A stretch of 64,000 bases of DNA from Bacteroidota bacterium (GTDB lineage Bacteria > Bacteroidota > Ignavibacteria > UBA10030 > BY39), in contig JASEGV010000002.1 in assembly GCA_030017895.1 (NCBI GenBank), positions 25,482 to 89,481 on the forward strand, in the 5' to 3' direction. Positions within the stretch are counted from its first letter, which is position 1. Every line of letters begins with the position of its first letter. Position numbers and translations under genes: made by a program. The notes under the pieces are model-generated. The model was given only the letters and a program-made list of their open reading frames with translations. It had not been told where the DNA came from and ran no database searches. Positions 59,635-64,000 of the stretch are shown here, piece by piece.

Positions 59635-60024
59635 TTAATTAATAATTCTTTCAGGATCTTTATTAAGTTCACGTAAACGCAACGCATAACTATGACTTTT
59701 ATCCCATTCTTTGAATTTGCGAACTCTCAGAAAGTCTCTGTAATCAGTTATCAGCTCTTCCAAACTTGCGCGGGCAACATTTGTGAGTTTGATTTCTGTT
59801 TCTTTGGATGTCCCGGAAGCCATGCTGGCTTCCACAATGTTTTGTTTTCCAGAGCGGGCAGCTTGTATCATTTGGTCGATTGTGCGATCTCCTCTAGAAA
59901 AAAATCTCTTACAAAAATAAACCGTACCATCATAAACAATTTCAGATTTTTTGTATGAAAGCAATTTTTTGTAGCCGCCGTGTACCGGTATAAAACCATT
60001 CGGAGAAGAGTGATTACCTAGCAT
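59635..60024 (-). CDS. Four-helix-bundle protein (23S rRNA intervening-sequence protein / Avd family, TIGR02436)
   Basis: 129 aa. TIDQMIQAARSGKQNIVEASMASGTSKETEIKLTNVARASLEELITDYRDFL matches the family consensus. Confidence 0.75.
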   Translation of the reverse strand: MLGNHSSPNGFIPVHGGYKKLLSYKKSEIVYDGTVYFCKRFFSRGDRTIDQMIQAARSGKQNIVEASMASGTSKETEIKLTNVARASLEELITDYRDFLRVRKFKEWDKSHSYALRLRELNKDPERIIN

Positions 60025-60206
60025 TGTTTATATTTTCTGCTTGTTTCTTTAAAGGACAATAAGGACAGCAACGACATTGAATTACTCAATTGAAAACTTA
60101 TGTTATTCAGATCTGCTACAATATATAATTTTTGTGGGAAATATGAAAGACGGTAAAAAAACTCGCTGATTGTTTTTCTAATTAATATCCCGATAAATTA
60201 AGTGGC

Positions 60207-60351
60207 ATAACGGCATTGCGCCTAACCCACCGCCTATAACAAGAACGACAAACTAAAACACAACTGCCGATGATTAAGCCGAAGGTGCGTAACTTGTTTT
60301 CGTCCACACCGAAGGCAAGTTAATTAGTTAGTCCGTCAGCTGACGAAGAAC
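60207..60351. repeat. Copy A of a repeated GC-rich non-coding element (motif 1 TAACGGCATTGCGCCTAACCCACCGCCTATAAC; motif 2 CGTCAGCTGACGAAGAAC)
   Basis: Motif 1 at 60208-60240 and motif 2 at 60334-60351. The surrounding 420-nt spacer has no ORF and elevated GC. Confidence 0.5.
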
Positions 60352-60446
60352 ACTTAGAACAAGCACACCGAACGAAAACTGAAACCCCGAAATCCCACAT
60401 TAGCCAAACTGTATAAGCAGTCGGGTTGAGTTGCTTCTTTAGTGTT

Positions 60447-61136
60447 TTACAATATTTTATAATAGATATTAACCAAAGCATTAACTGAATTCAACATTTC
60501 TTCAGCTTCTCTTCTGTGAAATACATTCCAAGAATTATAATTAGTTGAGAATTCTAATTCAATATTTGAAAATATATTGTAAGAAATTCCCATTCCCAAA
60601 CTATAACCATACCGCATTCCGTTTTTATAACTTCGAAATTCAGAAGTGTAGTCAGTTTCAGCAAGCTCAATAAACACATCATCAAAATAATTAATGGAGA
60701 CTGAAGCAGCAACAAAAGGCTTTAAGAAATAAAAACTGAAAAAGTAATTTGTTCCCATTTGAAATGACCATATATCCATTTTTGTAGTAACATCTTTAAG
60801 GAATTCTCTTTGCATAAAAACATCATAGATATACATGGATTCGTTTCCTCTAAGATGCAGGTAATTAAGACCGGCAGTTAAACTAAGTGGTAAATTTTCA
60901 AATGAATATTTAGCTCCAAATTTAAATTGAAGTTCACGACTTAATCCCAATCCGGTCAAGTTAGTAGTAGTCCCGTTAATATTTTCATATATTCCCAGCC
61001 GACCAAAATTATCAGTATAGTAATTGTTCCCATTGATAAAATTTAAACCGCTTCCTAAACCAATAGATAATGATTGAGAAAAAATATGCGCTGAGAAGAA
61101 CAGGATCAAAACGAATGTTATTTTTAATATTTTCAT
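60447..61136 (-). CDS. Outer membrane beta-barrel protein (OmpA/OmpW-like small porin)
   Basis: Signal peptide MKILKITFVLILFFSAHIFSQ followed by alternating amphipathic beta-strands with aromatic girdles. I moved the start to the ATG at 61136; the ORF track's GTG at 61166 is less likely. Confidence 0.6.
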   Translation of the reverse strand: MKILKITFVLILFFSAHIFSQSLSIGLGSGLNFINGNNYYTDNFGRLGIYENINGTTTNLTGLGLSRELQFKFGAKYSFENLPLSLTAGLNYLHLRGNESMYIYDVFMQREFLKDVTTKMDIWSFQMGTNYFFSFYFLKPFVAASVSINYFDDVFIELAETDYTSEFRSYKNGMRYGYSLGMGISYNIFSNIELEFSTNYNSWNVFHRREAEEMLNSVNALVNIYYKIL

Positions 61137-61167
61137 TTTAAATGTCCCCTTGATTGTTTGAAACACC

Positions 61168-61270
61168 TAACGGATGGCGGCTAAGTTGCCGCACTGATAA
61201 CTTTCAAATTACATCCAGACCGTTACGCGCTAAGAAGTTTGCAGTACGCTAATTGCGTCAGGTTGATGTG
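61168..61270. repeat. Copy B of the repeated non-coding element (TAACGGATGGCGGCTAAGTTGCCGCACTGATAAC ... GCGTCAGGTTGATGTG)
   Basis: Motif 1 at 61168-61201 and motif 2 at 61255-61270. Lies between the outer-membrane-protein start and the methyltransferase stop. Confidence 0.5.
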
Positions 61271-61294
61271 CTGGTTAGCCGGCAACAAAAAATA

Positions 61295-62239
61295 TTAATG
61301 ACTACCGTTTAGAACAGTAACTTTTGCTGATTTAATTTCGAAAGGATCGAAAGCCATCTTCTCTTGATTTTTGAATGCGTTGATTCGATTGTTGCAAAGT
61401 TTGATATATTCTTCGCTGATTTCGTAGCCCACGAATTTTCGATTACATTTAAGCGCCACCAAGCCAACTGTTCCACTGCCCATAAACGGATCGAGAACAA
61501 TATCATCTTCGAAAGAGTAGAGTTGGATTAAACGATAAGGAAGTTCTTCCGGAAATGGAGCTGGATGACCAATTCTTCTAGCAGATTCGGCATTCATTGA
61601 CCAAATTGATTTTGTCCATTCCAAAAATTGTTCTTTTGTAATCGTGTTTTGCTTTCCCTTTGCAACCCTTGAATAACTACCCTTTGAAAAAACTAAAATA
61701 TATTCATGAATATCTCGAAGAATCGGATTGGCAGCAGAGAGCCAACTTCCCCAAGCCGTAGAGGGACTAGCACTTGCAGCTTTATTCCAAATGATTTCGC
61801 CACGCATATTAAAACCGATTTCGAGCATGATGCGGGAGATATAATCGGATAATGGGATATAAGGCTTCCTACCTAGATTAGCAACATTGATACAAACACG
61901 ACCACCATTGATAAGAACACGATAGGTCTCTGAAAAGACATTTTTTAATAAAGAAAGATATTCATCAAGAGAGAGATCGTTATCATATTCCTTTGAGACA
62001 TTGTACGGAGGAGAAGTAATCATCAGATGAACACAATTATCAGGTAGTTCTTTCATCTTCTCTGAATTTCCAAGAATAATTGTGTTTTCTAAATTTGGAG
62101 GAAAAACATTCTCTTCAGACGATACAGGTTCGTTCGGCGTCATTGTTCCATAAAGACGGGAATTATAGAACTTGGACGAATCATGATTGATACGACCACT
62201 TGTGCCAAAAGAGCTTGTCTCGGTACCTTTGTGTTTCAT
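61295..62239 (-). CDS. DNA methyltransferase, beta-class (N4-cytosine or N6-adenine; PF01555 N-4/N-6 methylase family)
   Basis: 314 aa. Motif IV SPPY (MITSPPYNV) precedes motif I DPFMGSGTVG, which is the beta-class permutation. Confidence 0.85.
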   Translation of the reverse strand: MKHKGTETSSFGTSGRINHDSSKFYNSRLYGTMTPNEPVSSEENVFPPNLENTIILGNSEKMKELPDNCVHLMITSPPYNVSKEYDNDLSLDEYLSLLKNVFSETYRVLINGGRVCINVANLGRKPYIPLSDYISRIMLEIGFNMRGEIIWNKAASASPSTAWGSWLSAANPILRDIHEYILVFSKGSYSRVAKGKQNTITKEQFLEWTKSIWSMNAESARRIGHPAPFPEELPYRLIQLYSFEDDIVLDPFMGSGTVGLVALKCNRKFVGYEISEEYIKLCNNRINAFKNQEKMAFDPFEIKSAKVTVLNGSH

Positions 62240-62240
62240 A

Positions 62241-63098
62241 TTAACTTCTAATAAGTGATAAAAACTTTTCTGCTTTCTGAATATCCGTCTTTTCTTTTGC
62301 CGCTATGGAGATAATCTCGCCCAAATTGACTTTTGTGATCATTGAGGAAAAGAAATTTAACTCTTCTTTGATGAAAGCACTGAGTATGTTTTGGAGTTGT
62401 CTAGAATCAGAGACGGTTTGAAACCCTAACTTTGGACTGGATTTGATAAAATCAGCTTTGGTCGGTGAAGGATTCAGAGATATAAATCCTTGGATAACAC
62501 CAGATGTTTTTAGAAAGTCAACCTTGCCAACATAAGAATCGGTAATGGGACTATTACCTAGAACAACGATGGGAATTTTTGTTGCTGAAATACCAGAGAC
62601 ACGGATATTGATAGACTTGCCAATGGCCTTTAGCATAGAATCGGAACGAAGCAGCGAAGGGTTGCCTTTGTGAGTCTTATAATCGCCAAGAAGTGAGATG
62701 GTATTTGTTTTCTTTTCATATCGGTAATTTGAGACAACACTCATCTTGACTTCAAAGAGTAACTTGATATCATTGGCGTTTTGATTTACGCCATCCTTCG
62801 TACAAAAAGCTACATCGGCGCTTGATTGCCGTGTTAATCCTAATTCTTCACATACAACTCCATTAACTGCATATAGTTTGAACGCTTTGGCAATTGGAGA
62901 AAGAAGATTCTTTGCCCAGTTTTCTGTGAATTGACCAATAAGAGAATTCCTACTTTGGAGAGTTTGGCCTTCAGCATTGCTTCCTTTGGGAATATAGGCA
63001 AAATAGCCACCAGTGAGCTTATAAAAAAGTTGCTCTGGAGGAGCGAAACTTTTCAAAGATTCTTTGAGGAATTGTATTTCAGTCTCAGTATTCCACAT
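62241..63098 (-). CDS. Putative Type II restriction endonuclease, partner of the adjacent methyltransferase
   Basis: 285 aa. Its stop is 1 nt from the methyltransferase start. Candidate PD-(D/E)xK motif is ADVAF...LLFEVKM. Otherwise no family-level similarity, as is typical of REases. Confidence 0.55.
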   Translation of the reverse strand: MWNTETEIQFLKESLKSFAPPEQLFYKLTGGYFAYIPKGSNAEGQTLQSRNSLIGQFTENWAKNLLSPIAKAFKLYAVNGVVCEELGLTRQSSADVAFCTKDGVNQNANDIKLLFEVKMSVVSNYRYEKKTNTISLLGDYKTHKGNPSLLRSDSMLKAIGKSINIRVSGISATKIPIVVLGNSPITDSYVGKVDFLKTSGVIQGFISLNPSPTKADFIKSSPKLGFQTVSDSRQLQNILSAFIKEELNFFSSMITKVNLGEIISIAAKEKTDIQKAEKFLSLIRS

Positions 63099-63190
63099 AA
63101 TATTATATGATAATATAGTGATTTGCCCATTTAGAAACTAATCTTGCAAAAAGCAAAAGTTACTGATTGTTTTTTAAGCGCGTTGTCGGC

Positions 63191-63368
63191 TAACGGCGTT
63201 GCGGTTAATCTGCTGCCAAGAACAAGAATGCAGCATTGAAAAACCCAAGCCGATAATTATTAAAAAATTTTTTTTGTGCGACTACTTTGAACAAGACTGC
63301 CGACACGGAACAACTACTTTTACAATTACACAAATGCCGAGTGCGAACTCGCAGTCAGCTTGAACCGC
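63191..63368. repeat. Copy C of the repeated non-coding element (TAACGGCGTTGCGGTTAATCTGCTGCCAAGAAC ... GCAGTCAGCTTGAACCGC)
   Basis: Motif 1 at 63191-63223 matches copy A at 24 of 33 positions. Motif 2 is at 63351-63368. Lies between the REase start and the next gene. Confidence 0.5.
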
Positions 63369-63389
63369 TTGTTATATTGCGTTTTATAT

Positions 63390-64000
63390 TTATTCTCCAT
63401 TAATCCAATTTGCCCAATTTCTAAAAGTTCCGTTATCAGGTAAAGACCACTTCTGAGTAATTGTCATCCAGAAATATTCATCAATTAATTTTGGAACGCT
63501 TGAGTTTGGTCTTTGAAATTTTTCAGGTAAATCAGCTAAAGTAAAACCATTTTCTATACAGCTTGCTTGTAAAGAAATTAATTCATTTTTTATATGACGA
63601 ATATATTTAACATACGAATCAGATGATTTACGATAACCTAATTTTTTAATGATTGGATTGTCCCAAGGTGCAAAGCATTTTGGTCTGATGGCAAATAAAA
63701 TTTTAGCAGCTCCAATAGCACCAAATCTTTTTGTTATTTCATTATTCCCGCGGTGCTGAATTGAAGCAAGGCGATTCATTAAAGATTCAAATAATTCGTG
63801 AATTATCGGATAATCATCTTCCGTTAGTTCCCAAATGTTTTTATCATATGGGAAAAGTTGATTTGAAATCTGGTTATACCATTCTAAAAGTTCATTTTGT
63901 GCAGTATTATGATAAACAATTGCAAATTGACGGCATCCCCACTTATTAAGCCATTTTAACAGTGTTAAACGATGTTCTTGATTATTGAGGATATCAATCA
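63390..64000 (-). CDS. Hypothetical protein, 5' partial. The ORF continues past the window end.
   Basis: The ORF track shows 129 aa from the Met at 63779. The same frame stays open with no stop through 64000 (..IDILNNQEHRLTLLKWLNKWGCRQFAIVYHNTAQNELLEWYNQ..), so the gene is longer than 203 aa. No recognisable motif. Confidence 0.4.
   Translation of the reverse strand, partial: IDILNNQEHRLTLLKWLNKWGCRQFAIVYHNTAQNELLEWYNQISNQLFPYDKNIWELTEDDYPIIHELFESLMNRLASIQHRGNNEITKRFGAIGAAKILFAIRPKCFAPWDNPIIKKLGYRKSSDSYVKYIRHIKNELISLQASCIENGFTLADLPEKFQRPNSSVPKLIDEYFWMTITQKWSLPDNGTFRNWANWINGE

Noticed and set aside
59635-60446. Diversity-generating retroelement or retron
   Set aside because: An Avd-family four-helix-bundle protein and an adjacent 420-nt ORF-free GC-rich spacer fit superficially. 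There is no reverse transcriptase (no YxDD ORF) and no template/variable repeat pair in the window.
1-64000. CRISPR arrays, tRNA or rRNA genes, transposases or integrases
   Set aside because: I found no regularly spaced direct repeats, no T-loop/acceptor-stem tRNA signatures, and no rRNA-like GC-rich blocks other than rnpB. No ORF has DDE transposase, tyrosine recombinase or serine recombinase motifs.

Overview
This 64 kb window is low-GC chromosome from a member of the Fibrobacteres-Chlorobi-Bacteroidetes (FCB) group. Three secreted proteins carry type IX secretion system (T9SS) Por-type C-terminal sorting domains, which suggests an Ignavibacteria/Bacteroidota-like organism. Most of the window is conserved core genome. 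On the minus strand it starts with an ATP synthase F0 module (atpH partial, atpF, atpE, atpB, atpI/atpZ-like). Next come a bactofilin plus M23 peptidase pair, ruvA, ruvC, yebC and recJ. A type A RNase P RNA (rnpB) follows; the ORF caller mistook it for ORFs. After it are an RNase H-like gene, a COG1579-type zinc-ribbon protein and a Nif3-family protein (zinc-ribbon plus Nif3 is a common gene pair). The plus strand then carries a cluster of phosphorelay proteins with no kinase, a sugar-nucleotidyltransferase fused to a phosphomannomutase-like domain, ptsN-like, hisS, lgt, rlmB and a short-chain dehydrogenase/reductase (SDR). An XRE-family repressor with a LexA-like S24 peptidase domain lies upstream of a 1089-aa T9SS-secreted phospholipase D (PLD) family nuclease-like protein. 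A nearly complete dcw division/cell-wall cluster runs mraZ through ftsZ. It has two non-canonical inserted genes and an FtsI with two PASTA domains. The accessory part lies at roughly 45-64 kb. It holds a T9SS-secreted metallo-beta-lactamase (MBL) fold protein and an outer-membrane-protein-like gene split by one in-frame TAG. A CBS protein and a DUF429 RNase-H-fold nuclease follow. The largest accessory gene is a 1428-aa single-chain restriction-modification (RM) enzyme of Type IIG/IIL architecture (PD-ExK nuclease plus Eco57I/PglX-type gamma N6-adenine methyltransferase plus target-recognition domain), followed by a DinD-like Bro-N protein. After that come a second sigma-54 activator, a carboxyltransferase and a four-helix-bundle (Avd / 23S rRNA intervening-sequence family) protein. 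The window ends with a compact Type II RM operon, restriction endonuclease (REase) then beta-class methyltransferase (MTase). Three related GC-rich non-coding elements flank that operon. I found no transposase, integrase, tRNA, rRNA or CRISPR array. The most unusual items are the oversized RM fusion with its neighbours, the repeated non-coding elements around the small RM operon, and a recurring 17-nt palindrome (ATCCGCCnnnGGCGGAT).
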